Source: Macrostomum hystrix
Taxonomy: Eukaryota > Animalia > Platyhelminthes
NCBI GenBank assembly: GCA_950097015.1
Contig: CATNEN010000030.1
Coordinates: 4,340,001-4,404,000 of the forward strand
Direction of reading: 5' to 3'
Length of the DNA stretch: 64,000 nt
Shown piece after piece: positions 24,939 to 35,516 of this stretch. The position numbers and the translations under genes are program-made. Below the pieces are notes generated by a model, which saw only the letters and a list, made by a program, of their open reading frames with translations, searched no databases and was not told where the DNA came from. The first letter of the stretch is position 1. Every line of letters starts with the position of its first letter.

Positions 24939-26736
24939 ATGCTCAGCGTAGCTGTAAAACTCGTTGCGTCAGCTGCCACCAACGCCGGCTGCTGCCGTCT
25001 CCAGCAGGTGAGCAGGCGTGGCCTATCAGTCACCGGCCACCTGGCCAACAAGGTGGCTGTTCTCGGCGCCTCGGGCGGCATCGGCCAGCCGCTGTCCCTG
25101 TTACTTAAGGAGTCGCCGCTTATTGGCCACCTAGCACTGTACGATATCAAAGGTGTCATGGGCGTGGCCGCCGATCTCAGTCACGTGGCTACGAGAGCCG
25201 AGGTCACCGGACACGAGGGGCCGGATAAACTGGAGGAGTGCTTAAAGGTGATTGCCATTGCCACATTCAGTTTCCTGACCATCACAGCCAGTTTCATAAC
25301 CATCACAACCTGTTTCATGACCATCACAGCCAGTTTCATGACCATCATGACTATCACATTCAGTTTCATGACCATCACATTCTGTTTCATGACCATCACA
25401 TTCTGTTTTATGATCACCATTTTCTGTTTCATGACCACCATTTTCAGTTTCATGACCAATCGATTCAATCTTATGACCATCACACTCTGTTTCCTGACCA
25501 TAACCCCTCTTCTATTATAGCTTTTTGCATTTTCGTTTTCTCCATTTTCAGTGCACATATTTGTGCATTAGTCAGTTTGGGTGCGGTGTTCGGTGTGGTG
25601 TTTGATATACCAATCCAATCCCTCCTTTCCAATTTTTCCTCCTTACTGGGGGTAAAAAATCGATTTGAATCCTTTGAAATCTGAAAATCTTGAATTGGGA
25701 TGCAAAAAGTGAAGGATTATTTGCCATAGACATAGAATTTCTGGCGACGAGAAGGCTCAGACCATAGATCTTATATGCCAATAAGATTTATGGGTCAGAC
25801 TGCTATCGAATTGAATGCGAAAATTCTTAAACTGGATGCAATAAGCTATATTTACAGTAATCATCAGTCGTGTCACGACAAAAACTTACTTACTTATGAG
25901 TCCATGGTATAGTATCTCATGACCATCATCTTTGATCTCATGCTCATAAAGAATGAGAACTAAGCTGAGTACTAAATCGAATCCTACTCCAGGACAGCCA
26001 AGTGGTGGTCATCCCAGCTGGTGTACCCCGCAAGCCGGGCATGACCCGGGATGACCTGTTTAACACCAATGCCAGCATTGTTGCTGACCTGGTCAGCGCG
26101 GTTGGCCGAGCTTGCCCCAAGGCCATGCTGTGCATAGTGACTAATCCAGTGAACAGCACCGTGCCCATTGCTGCTGAAGTGCTTAAAAAGCATGGGGTCT
26201 ACGATCCAAGGCGCCTGTTCGGCGTGACTACCCTAGACATTGTCCGATCCAACACGTTTGTAGCCGAAGCCAAGGGTATCGATGTTAACAAAGTGAGTGT
26301 GCCAGTGATTGGCGGTCACAGCGGAGTCACAATCATCCCATTGATTAGCCAGGCCATGCCTAGTGTGAGCTTCAAAAGCGCAGACCGGGAAGCCATCACT
26401 AGGCGCATTCAGAATGCCGGTACCGAGGTTGTTGAGGCCAAAGCCGGCGCCGGCTCCGCCACGCTGTCCATGGCATTCGCTGCAGAACGCTTCGTCCAGT
26501 CGATTCTGGATGCCATTGATGGCAAGCGTGACGTCATCGAGTGCGCCTTTGTGGAGTCCACGGTAACCGAGGCGCCGTTCTTCGCCACCCCGCTGCTGCT
26601 GGGCAAGGACGGCGTGGAAGAGAATCTCGGCCTGGGCAGCCTGCTTGACTACGAGGCCAAGCTGCTGCAGACAGCCATGCCGGAGCTGCTAGCCAACATC
26701 CAGAAGGGTGTCAACTTTGCCAAGGAGCGATACTGA
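24939..26736 (+). CDS. MDH2: Mitochondrial malate dehydrogenase precursor, 350 aa
   Basis: Exons 24939-25247 and 25993-26736 (phase 0). Motifs: [62 protein letters not shown] and [11 protein letters not shown]. Confidence 0.97.
25255..25500. repeat. Degenerate 21-bp minisatellite in the MDH2 intron, about 11 copies
   Basis: Unit close to catcacattcagtttcatgac. Confidence 0.85.
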
Positions 26737-27110
26737 TGATTACAGTTTGAGTTGTCCTTTGTTTTACTTTCTCTTCTGTGTTTCTTTGGAGATGTAAGAA
26801 ACTATTTCATTGGTCGGGACTTGCTTTTGTCAGTTCCATATTGATTCGTGACAATTTTGTCAAGCAATCAGCCTTTCTCGTAGTCAGAAACTTTCAGTTT
26901 CAGGTTTAGTGGCAAGTTAATATTTTATTGACAAACACAAGTCATATCACGCTATTTTTTAACTAAATTATTCATTTTTTTGTTGTCACTCAGAATGATC
27001 GCTTTTTCCAATACAAACTTCGTAGTTCTAGAATTACGACAAATCGATTCCATCATTTTCACCGTTTGTGTGCATTCGTTTGCTTCAATACAAATCCGTT
27101 AACAGTAGAC

Positions 27111-27628
27111 CGCGGGAGTATTTCAAATACCCACTGCCTACTTCACGATAGCTCCAAAACCGAATGATCTTATGGATCAAAATTTTCCGTCCTTTACGAT
27201 GAATTAAACTTCAAAGCCGTCCGACGTCAGCATCGTCGAGATATTCAGCAATTCTTGTCGAAGACGTTGTGGTTCTTGTGACAAGGACAACTAGCATTTC
27301 TCTGTGCAAACCTCTGTGGCGAGTCCATATTGGTTCAATGATATAATAATTAAAAATATAACAAATACTAAAAAACAAAAATCAGCAATAAAAGCCGACA
27401 TGGTTTCATTAAGAAATTTTGTGAGCAGAAAGTGTATGCCTAGATTGGTGGTTTTTGCCGACGAGCATCATTCAATTTCTCGACGATGCCGATGTTTTGT
27501 GATACTGAAAGTGTTTTAATTGAATACAGCGGAAAATTTTAGCTTTTGTTCTGTATTTTTATGGCGATAGGTTGAATATTGTGGGCGATACAGAAAAATA
27601 TAAATGGGGGTATTTGAAATACCCCGTG
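27111..27628. mobile_element. Probable MITE (non-coding, about 520 bp)
   Basis: Inverted termini cgcgggagtatttcaaataccc and gggtatttgaaataccccgtg. There is no coding capacity, and the target-site duplication and superfamily were not resolved. Confidence 0.55.
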
Positions 27629-28381
27629 TTCTTCGTGGTGTTTAGCCAAGGCTAACTTACAAGGGCATTTACAGGCTATAGTGGCGTATGATTTTCAACC
27701 AGTATTTTCAGCTTTAGAAAGATAATATTTAAAGAAATTATTAGCAAAAAAATATATATTAAATCTTTAACCACATGCTACTTAGACCTTTAGTAAGTAT
27801 TAGTAAGTACGCTAGCTGTTATTAACGTTAGTTAGAAATTTATTTTGTTGATAACTACGAGTATCTATCCAGGTAATTTTAACAATGGAGCTGTCACATG
27901 TACACTTGTGCACTATACTGGTCACTGTTTTGTACAAATGTGTATTGGACCAATCACAGTTATGCTACTTTTTTCGTAACTATTCTTGTTTGTCGTAGTT
28001 GACGCTCTTTACTCGTACAAGAATCTACCCGAAATTAGACATCCAACTGGCATTATTTTACATCTTTCACATACAAATTACCATTACTCCCTGACACTTT
28101 CTTAAGTGTCAATAATATTCGCACACGGATTGTGTGTGTGGCCAGAATTGGTTATTTTGTTTGCGTACTTGTCTACTGACAGTAGTGTTCTTATATTTTG
28201 TGTGTCTGCAGCGATTAGCGCTATGTTCTAATAGCATTCTACTATCGAAGTATTTTGCGCGATAAAAAATTACAATTCGATTGTGAAAATTAACATTTTA
28301 AATAAACACTAAATTGACTTATTTTAGTTAGCAAGTACTTTTTATTGTTATTTTTTTGTTTTTGTATCCTCTATCCTCCTC

Positions 28382-28615
28382 TAGCCTAGTGGCTTTAGCG
28401 TCGGACTCACGATTTGAAGGTCGGGGGTTCGATTCCCACCTTTACTGGAACATCTTGTGTTCCAGAAAGATTCTTTAGTATACGTACATCCAGCTCTTAT
28501 ATGGCTAACACCATTAGATGGGGTAAATAGAGTGTGGGTGTGTCGTCTTTCCAGTCCATGGACTAAACAATAGCTGCCGCTGTGCTGTCGGCTGCACATT
28601 TGACCCAATGGGGAA
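28382..28615 (+). mobile_element. tRNA-derived SINE, copy 2
   Basis: A-box TAGCCTAGTGG and B-box GGTTCGATTCC. The 3' segment gctgtgctgtcggctgcaca.tgacccaa is shared with copy 1; the middle is diverged. Confidence 0.8.
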
Positions 28616-29619
28616 ATTTTAAATTAATTAAGTTTTTTTCTAATTATAGATTGTGCAGTAACTAACGCAATCGGCGTTAGTTAAGTACTATAGCATCTGG
28701 GCGCTTTGATATCCAGTAGTTAATTTTCTAACCTCAATAACCTGGGACCGATTCTGGGCGGTGTCTTCCAACTGTGGTGATAATTTGCGTATAATAACAT
28801 GGAGGAAAGAAAAGAATGGAATGCTAATCTGGCTCAGTTATTTTTATCTTGCTTGCTTTCGCATTTTAGCGCCCGGTTCCTCCCGTTCCATTCTATTGGC
28901 TGTTGAATGCCATAGACAATAATTCCCTACCCCCGAATTGTTTAAAGTGATATTGTCCGATTGAGGCGGTGAATCAAATGAGATGTGCCATATAGAGGAA
29001 AAGTTTCTAACGTGAGGATACTCCACTATCTGAAGGATAATTTGCCAACAAGGATTTTTGTGATAACATAACTCGTACTTTCTCAGTTGGATGCTAATAT
29101 GCCATGTAGGGATAATGGCTAAATGAGAAAGCGAATTAAAAATCAGAAATGGTATTCGTTTCAAAGTTACCAAGTTAGGTGGGTCGATTTGTCCAATTTA
29201 AATAGTGTGCTAAAATGGAGATAATTGGCCAAATTAGGGATAATTTCGAATTAGAAACAATTTTTAGATAAAGAGGACAATTTGGCAACAGGGGATCATA
29301 TGCCAAATAAGTAGATGATTTTCTTTTCCAAATAATAATTTGCATAATTAGCTTCGGAATTAGTGTAACAAATCAAGTATAAGGTTTTGTGCAATAGAAA
29401 ATTGGCACTGCAATGAAAAAAGAAAGCCTTCGTGTATTTTTTGGTTAATTGCACTTAAAGTACGCACACTGCTTGCTATCGTCTTTGGTTCGGATTGACA
29501 AAATAAGTGTCCTCACACTGCTTTAAAGGTGTATTCTAAGGAATATATTAGGAAGGAATATATTAATAATCAGTCCGAAATACTTGACAGTGAAAGCGCA
29601 AGGACATTCTGACACATCC

Positions 29620-30360
29620 ATGTCAAGCAAAGCTGATCCGTCACAGTTGGAATCGGCCGAGAGCAGCTTGAAGTCTAGTGACTCAAAAAATTATCTAACG
29701 GAAGAGTCCGTCCGCAAGGCCTTCATACGCAAGGTTTATTGCATACTTTGCTGTCAATTATTGGTTTCCTTGGGCTGCATCGCATTTTTTATCTTCTTCA
29801 AGCCGGCCAAACAGTTTGCTGTTAAATTAGGATGGCTGTATATTGTAATATTAGCTGTACTATTCGTATTCATCATAGTTATGAGCTGCTTTGACAGTAT
29901 CAGGCGCAAGTTTCCTTTGAATTTTATCCTACTGGGAGTATTTACAACGCTGCAAGCTTTGGCACTGGGCTTGTTATCTGCCCGCTTTAGCACAGATGTT
30001 GTACTAATCGCCGTCGGTGTGACTTTCTTTGTTGTCCTGGCATTGACATTCTTCGCCCTGCAGAGTAAGCTGGACTTCACCTACTTAAGTGGGATATTGT
30101 TCGTATGTGTAATTATACTGCTGGCTTTTGGTATCTTGTGCGCAATAATTCAGTCTCGGTACCTCATTTTGCTCTACTCGTGCGCCGGTGCCCTGGCATT
30201 CAGCATCTACTTAGTGGTGGACACCCAGATGATGCTTGGCGGAAAGCACAAATACGCCGTGTCTCCTGAAGAATACATCTTTGCCGCTCTCAGCATCTAC
30301 CTGGATATTGTCAAAATGTTCCTGTTCACTATGATGTTGACTTCTTGGTTTCAGGACTGA
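29620..30360 (+). CDS. Lifeguard/TMBIM (Bax inhibitor-1 family) membrane protein, paralogue 1
   Basis: Intronless. Motifs: VRKAFIRKVY, KFPLNFILLGVFT, DFTYLSG, VVDTQMMLGGKHKY.VSPEEYIFAAL.IYLDI. Confidence 0.93.
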   Translation: MSSKADPSQLESAESSLKSSDSKNYLTEESVRKAFIRKVYCILCCQLLVSLGCIAFFIFFKPAKQFAVKLGWLYIVILAVLFVFIIVMSCFDSIRRKFPLNFILLGVFTTLQALALGLLSARFSTDVVLIAVGVTFFVVLALTFFALQSKLDFTYLSGILFVCVIILLAFGILCAIIQSRYLILLYSCAGALAFSIYLVVDTQMMLGGKHKYAVSPEEYIFAALSIYLDIVKMFLFTMMLTSWFQD

Positions 30361-30542
30361 TTGTTAATTAATTACTTACCTTTCCTAATCTTGATTTACT
30401 GGTAAAAAGGCAGGCTTTGTGCAAGTCTACTAGCTTTTTCATTCTAGTATGAAACTATTTATCCGAAGAAATACGAAAATCTTTGTTATTCATAAACTAC
30501 ATATCTTTAAATTATGCTGAATTTATTTCGTTTTTTTCGCTC

Positions 30543-30678
30543 CATCTAATGCTGATACCCATTTAACAGCTGGGTGAACTAAAGTGTCTTGTTAAAGGAC
30601 GCAAATTGTTTCAGAAGTGTCGAGAATCAAACCCCCGACCATCAAGTCGTGAGTCCGACCCTCTAACCACTAGGCTAC
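30543..30678 (-). mobile_element. tRNA-derived SINE, copy 3 (3'-truncated)
   Basis: The reverse complement reads gtagcctagtggttagagggtcggactcacgacttgatggtcgggggtttgattctcg...aacaagacact...agttcacccagctgttaaatgggta. Confidence 0.82.
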
Positions 30679-30918
30679 AATCCCCTTCACTAGCAATAGA
30701 GTAATTAAGCCCGCTGGTATCGTACGCATTGATGCTTTCATTGCACTTGACTTTTAATTACTGTGTTTAAGGTTTTTCCTGTGTGATCGTAGATTTTCTG
30801 GACTGCATTGGATTCTTATTTTACAAATTAGGCTTTTAGTAATTCGATTTAGTGCTAAATCAAGATTGCAACTCGAAAATTTAGTAAACGGACGTACCAC
30901 TGGATGGGTTTGAAACTC

Positions 30919-31480
30919 TATTTGGGTTGGTGAATTACTATTTGTGTTGGTGACTCACTATTTGTGTTGGTGACTCACTATTTGTGTTGGTGACTCACTA
31001 TTTGTGTTGGTGACTCACTATTTGTGTTGGTGACTCACTATTTGTGTTGGTGACTCACTATTTGTGTTGGTGACTCACTATTTGTGTTGGTGACTCACTA
31101 TTTGTGTTGGTGACTGACTATTTGTGTTGGTGACTCACTATTTGTGTTGGTGACTCACTATTTGTGTTGGTGACTCACTATTTGTGTTGGCGACTCACTA
31201 TTTGTGTTGATGAATTACTATTTGTGTTGGCGACTCACTATTTGTGTTGGCGACTCACTATTTGTGTTGGTGACTGACTATTTGTGTTGGTGACTGACTA
31301 TTTGTGTTGGTGACTCACTATTTGTGTTGGTGACTCACTATTTGTGTTGGTGACTCACTATTTGTGTTGGTGACTCACTATTTGTGTTGGTGACTCACTA
31401 TTTGTGTTGGTGACTCACTATTTGTGTTAATGAATTACTATTTGTGTTGGTGACTCACTATTTGTGTTGGCGACTCACTA
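30919..31480. repeat. 20-bp minisatellite, 28 copies, containing TGACTCA
   Basis: Unit tatttgtgttggtgactcac; 18 units carry a perfect TGACTCA. Confidence 0.97.
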
Positions 31481-31547
31481 TTGGCTAGTCGACCTCCAAC
31501 TGACCACTTGCAGCGTGTCCGTGTCCCCAGCCTTCGAGTAATAAGAA

Positions 31548-32306
31548 ATGTCTTCAGCAGCAGCCGGCAGCGAGGCTCAGTCCGCGGCTGGTCACTTGGA
31601 ATCCGGTGGTCTGATGGACAACGACGCTGGCAACATGCAGTTCAGCGAAGAGTCGATTCGCAAAGGCTTTGTGCGCAAGGTTTATGGCATATTGACTGTG
31701 CAACTCATGGTTACCATGGCTTTCATTGCTTTGTTTGTGTTCTGCCAGCCAATTAAAGAGTACGCTATTCGCAATGATTGGCTGTACATCGTAGCCTTAC
31801 TGGTGACCATCGTGCTAATCATTGTACTGGCCTGCTGCGATGATGTGAGACGGCAGTTCCCAGTGAATCTGATTCTGTTAGGAGTATTCACGCTGTGCGA
31901 AAGCTACATGCTGGGCAGCATATCGGCTAGGTTTGACACGGACGCTGTGTTCATGGCCATCGGTGTGACAGTATTCATAGTGTTCGCATTGACCCTGTTT
32001 GCTATGCAAACTAAGATTGACTTCACCTATCTGAGCGGCATTCTGTTTGTGCTGCTGCTGGCCCTGATGCTATTCGGTCTCCTGTGTGCCATTGTGCAGA
32101 ACAGGTTCGCCACCCTAGCATACGCCTGCTTAGGTGCGCTGCTGTTCAGTGTCTACCTGGTTGTGGACACCCAGATGATGCTGGGCGGCAAGCACAAGTA
32201 CTCGCTTTCGCCGGAGGAATACGTCTTCGCAGCCCTAAATCTCTATCTGGACATTGTCAACATATTCTTGTTCATTCTCATGATTATTCAGGGTGCGAGA
32301 GGATGA
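31548..32306 (+). CDS. Lifeguard/TMBIM (FAIM2/GRINA-like) membrane protein, paralogue 2
   Basis: Intronless, 252 aa. Motifs: IRKGFVRKVYGIL, QFPVNLILLGVFT, VVDTQMMLGGKHKYSLSPEEYVFAALNLYLDIVNIF. Confidence 0.95.
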   Translation: MSSAAAGSEAQSAAGHLESGGLMDNDAGNMQFSEESIRKGFVRKVYGILTVQLMVTMAFIALFVFCQPIKEYAIRNDWLYIVALLVTIVLIIVLACCDDVRRQFPVNLILLGVFTLCESYMLGSISARFDTDAVFMAIGVTVFIVFALTLFAMQTKIDFTYLSGILFVLLLALMLFGLLCAIVQNRFATLAYACLGALLFSVYLVVDTQMMLGGKHKYSLSPEEYVFAALNLYLDIVNIFLFILMIIQGARG

Positions 32307-33028
32307 ACTTTGTGAGTTCTGGTTAGCTGCTCTGCTAACATCATCTAAGGTTATCAACTTTACGTTAAATCGGAATGCCTTGTTACCTAGGTTAATTAAA
32401 TTCTTAATCGCGGCATAAGAACAAAGACCGATTTTTCTAATTCTTACTCGGAGGCGTCTACACTATAATCTGACTAAACGCTTGTCTTCCTTGCTAGAGC
32501 TACCGTTGCGACTATTTTGTTGCGTTTTTTACGCATTGAATCAAACGCTTATAAGTGTTTAAACAAAGTTTTATGTCCAGTTGGTTCAGGTTCTGTTCGC
32601 CTTATATTGAAAATGAATTATTAAATATGACATTGTCAACCATGACACTGCTGAATATTATTCCACTCGCATTACACTTTTTATTTACTACATACTCATC
32701 ACTTTATAGGAGAACTTTTGCATACCAAATATTTGTCCTTTGGTGTTGGCTTATTTGCAAAGTCTATTGTTTTGTGATATTGGTACTACTATACAGCTAT
32801 TAATATTGCCGCAAATTAAAGAGATTTTGTTTTCTGCCTTGCTTTTCTCGTGCGCTAAAAAGTCGGTATTCTCGATTCGTCTTTGACTCGATTATTTCGA
32901 TAGATTCTTAGTCCTTTTAGCCACCATTTTTCTATTTTTGTGTACTGTTACACAAACCTATTGTAATCAGCACCAATGCCAAAGAACTGAGTGCCAACCC
33001 AGCAGCAAGTGGACCTCAAACCTCCAAA

Positions 33029-35471
33029 TCAGACCTCCTACCCACTAGGAATCAGACCTCCAACCCACTAGGAAGCGGACACCAAACAAATAGGAATCAG
33101 ACCTCCAACCCACTAGGAATCAGACCTCCAACCCACTAGGAATCAGACCTCCAACCCACTAGGAAGCGGACACCAAACAAATAGGAATCAGACCTCCAAC
33201 CCACTAGGAATCAGACCTCCAACCCACTAGGAATCAGACCTCCAACCCACTAGGAATCAGACCTCCAACCCACTAGGAATCAGACCTCCAACCCACTAGG
33301 AATCAGACCTCCAACCCACTAGGAATCAGACCTCCAACCCACTAGGAAGCGGACACCAAACAAATAGGAATCAGACCTCCTACCCACTAGGAATCAGACC
33401 TCCTACCCACTAGGAATCAGACCTCCTACCCACTAGGAATCAGACCTCCTACCCACTAGGAATCAGACCTCCAACCCACTAGGAAGCGGACACCAAACAA
33501 ATAGGAATCAGACCTCCAACCCACTAGGAATCAGACCTCCAACCCACTAGGAATCAGACCTCCAACCCACTAGGAATCAGACCTCCAACCCACTAGGAAT
33601 CAGACCTCCAACCCACTAGGAAGCGGACACCAAACAAATAGGAATCAGACCTCCTACCCACTAGGAATCAGACCTCCTACCCACTAGGAATCAGACCTCC
33701 TACCCACTAGGAATCAGACCTCCTACCCACTAGGAATCAGACCTCCAACCCACTAGGAAGCGGACACCAAACAAATAGGAATCAGACCTCCAACCCACTA
33801 GGAATCAGACCTCCAACCCACTAGGAATCAGACCTCCAACCCACTAGGAATCAGACCTCCAACCCACTAGGAATCAGACCTCCAACCCACTAGGAATCAG
33901 ACCTCCAACCCACTAGGAAGCGGACACCAAACAAATAGGAATCAGACCTCCTACCCACTAGGAATCAGACCTCCTACCCACTAGGAATCAGACCTCCTAC
34001 CCACTAGGAATCAGACCTCCTACCCACTAGGAATCAGACCTCCAACCCACTAGGAAGCGGACACCAAACAAATAGGAATCAGACCTCCTACCCACTAGGA
34101 ATCAGACCTCCTACCCACTAGGAATCAGACCTCCTACCCACTAGGAATCAGACCTCCTACCCACTAGGAATCAGACCTCCTACCCACTAGGAATCAGACC
34201 TCCTACCCACTAGGAATCAGACCTCCAACCCACTAGGAATCAGACCTCCTACCCACTAGGAATCAGACCTCCAACCCACTAGGAATCAGACATCCAACCC
34301 ACTAGGAATCAGATCTCCAACCTACTAAGAATCAGACATCCAACCCATTAGGAATCAGACCTCCTACCCACTAGGAAGCGGACACCAACCCCCTAGGAAG
34401 CGGACACCAACCCAATGGGAATCAGACCTCCAACCCACTAGGAATCAGACCTCCAACCCACTAGGAAGTGGACACCAAACAAATAGGAATCAGACCTACA
34501 ACCCACTAGGAATCAGACATCCAACCCATTAGGAATCAGACCTCCTACCCACTAGGAATCAGACCTCCAACCCACTAGAATCAGACCTCCAACCCACTAG
34601 GAATCAGACCTCCTACCCACTAGGAATCAGATCTCCAACCCACTAGGAATCAGACCTCCAACCCACTAGGAATCAGACCTCCTACCCACTAGGAATTAGA
34701 CCTCCTACCCACTAGGAATCAGACCTCCAACCCACTAGGAATCAGACCTCCAACCCACTAGGAAGCGGACACCAACCCACTAGGAATCAGACCTCCAACC
34801 CACTAGGAATCAGACCTCCAACCCACTAGGAATCAGACCTCCAACCCACTAGGAATCAGACCTCCTACCCACTAGGAATTAGACCTCCAACCCACTAGGA
34901 ATCAGACCTCCAACCCACTAGGAAGCGGACACCAACCCACTAGGAATCAGACCTCCAACCCACTAGGAATCAGACCTCCAACCCACTAGGAAGCGGACAC
35001 CAACCCACTAGGAATCAGACCTCCAACCCCCAAGGAAGCGGACACCAACCCCCTAGGAAGCGGACACCAACCCAATGGGAAGCAGACACCAACCCCCTAG
35101 GAAGCGGACACCAACCCCCTAGGAAGCGGACACCAACCCCCTAGGAAGCGGACACCAACCCAATGGGAAGCAGACACCAACCCCCTAGGAAGCGGACACC
35201 AAAACCCCCTAGGAAGCGGACACCAACCCCCTAGGAAGCGGACACCAACCCAATGGGAAGCAGACACCAACCCCCTAGGAAGCGGACACCAAAACCCCCT
35301 AGGAAGCGGACACCAACCCCCTAGGAAGCGGACACCAACCCAATGGGAAGCGGACACCAACCCCCTAGGAAGCGGACACCAACCCAATGGGAAGCAGACA
35401 CCAACCCCCTAGGAAGCGGACACCAACCCCCTAGGAAGCGGACACCAACCCAATGGGAAGCAGACACCAAC
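33029..35471. repeat. 22/23-bp minisatellite, about 2.4 kb, with higher-order structure
   Basis: Units ggaatcagacctcc(a/t)acccacta and ggaagcggacaccaaacaaata, grading into ggaagcggacaccaaccccctag-type units at the 3' end. Confidence 0.97.
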
Positions 35472-35516
35472 CATTCCAATTAAACAAACGAAGAACTAAA
35501 TCCAACTGAATTGCAG

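Noticed and set aside
28382-28450. tRNA gene
   Set aside because: A and B boxes are present but I cannot build a complete cloverleaf, and the sequence continues into the SINE body shared with three other copies.
28659-28683. Perfect 10-bp hairpin taactaacgc-aatcg-gcgttagtta as a Helitron 3' end
   Set aside because: There is no CTRR terminus at the expected distance on either strand and no matching 5' TC end was identified.
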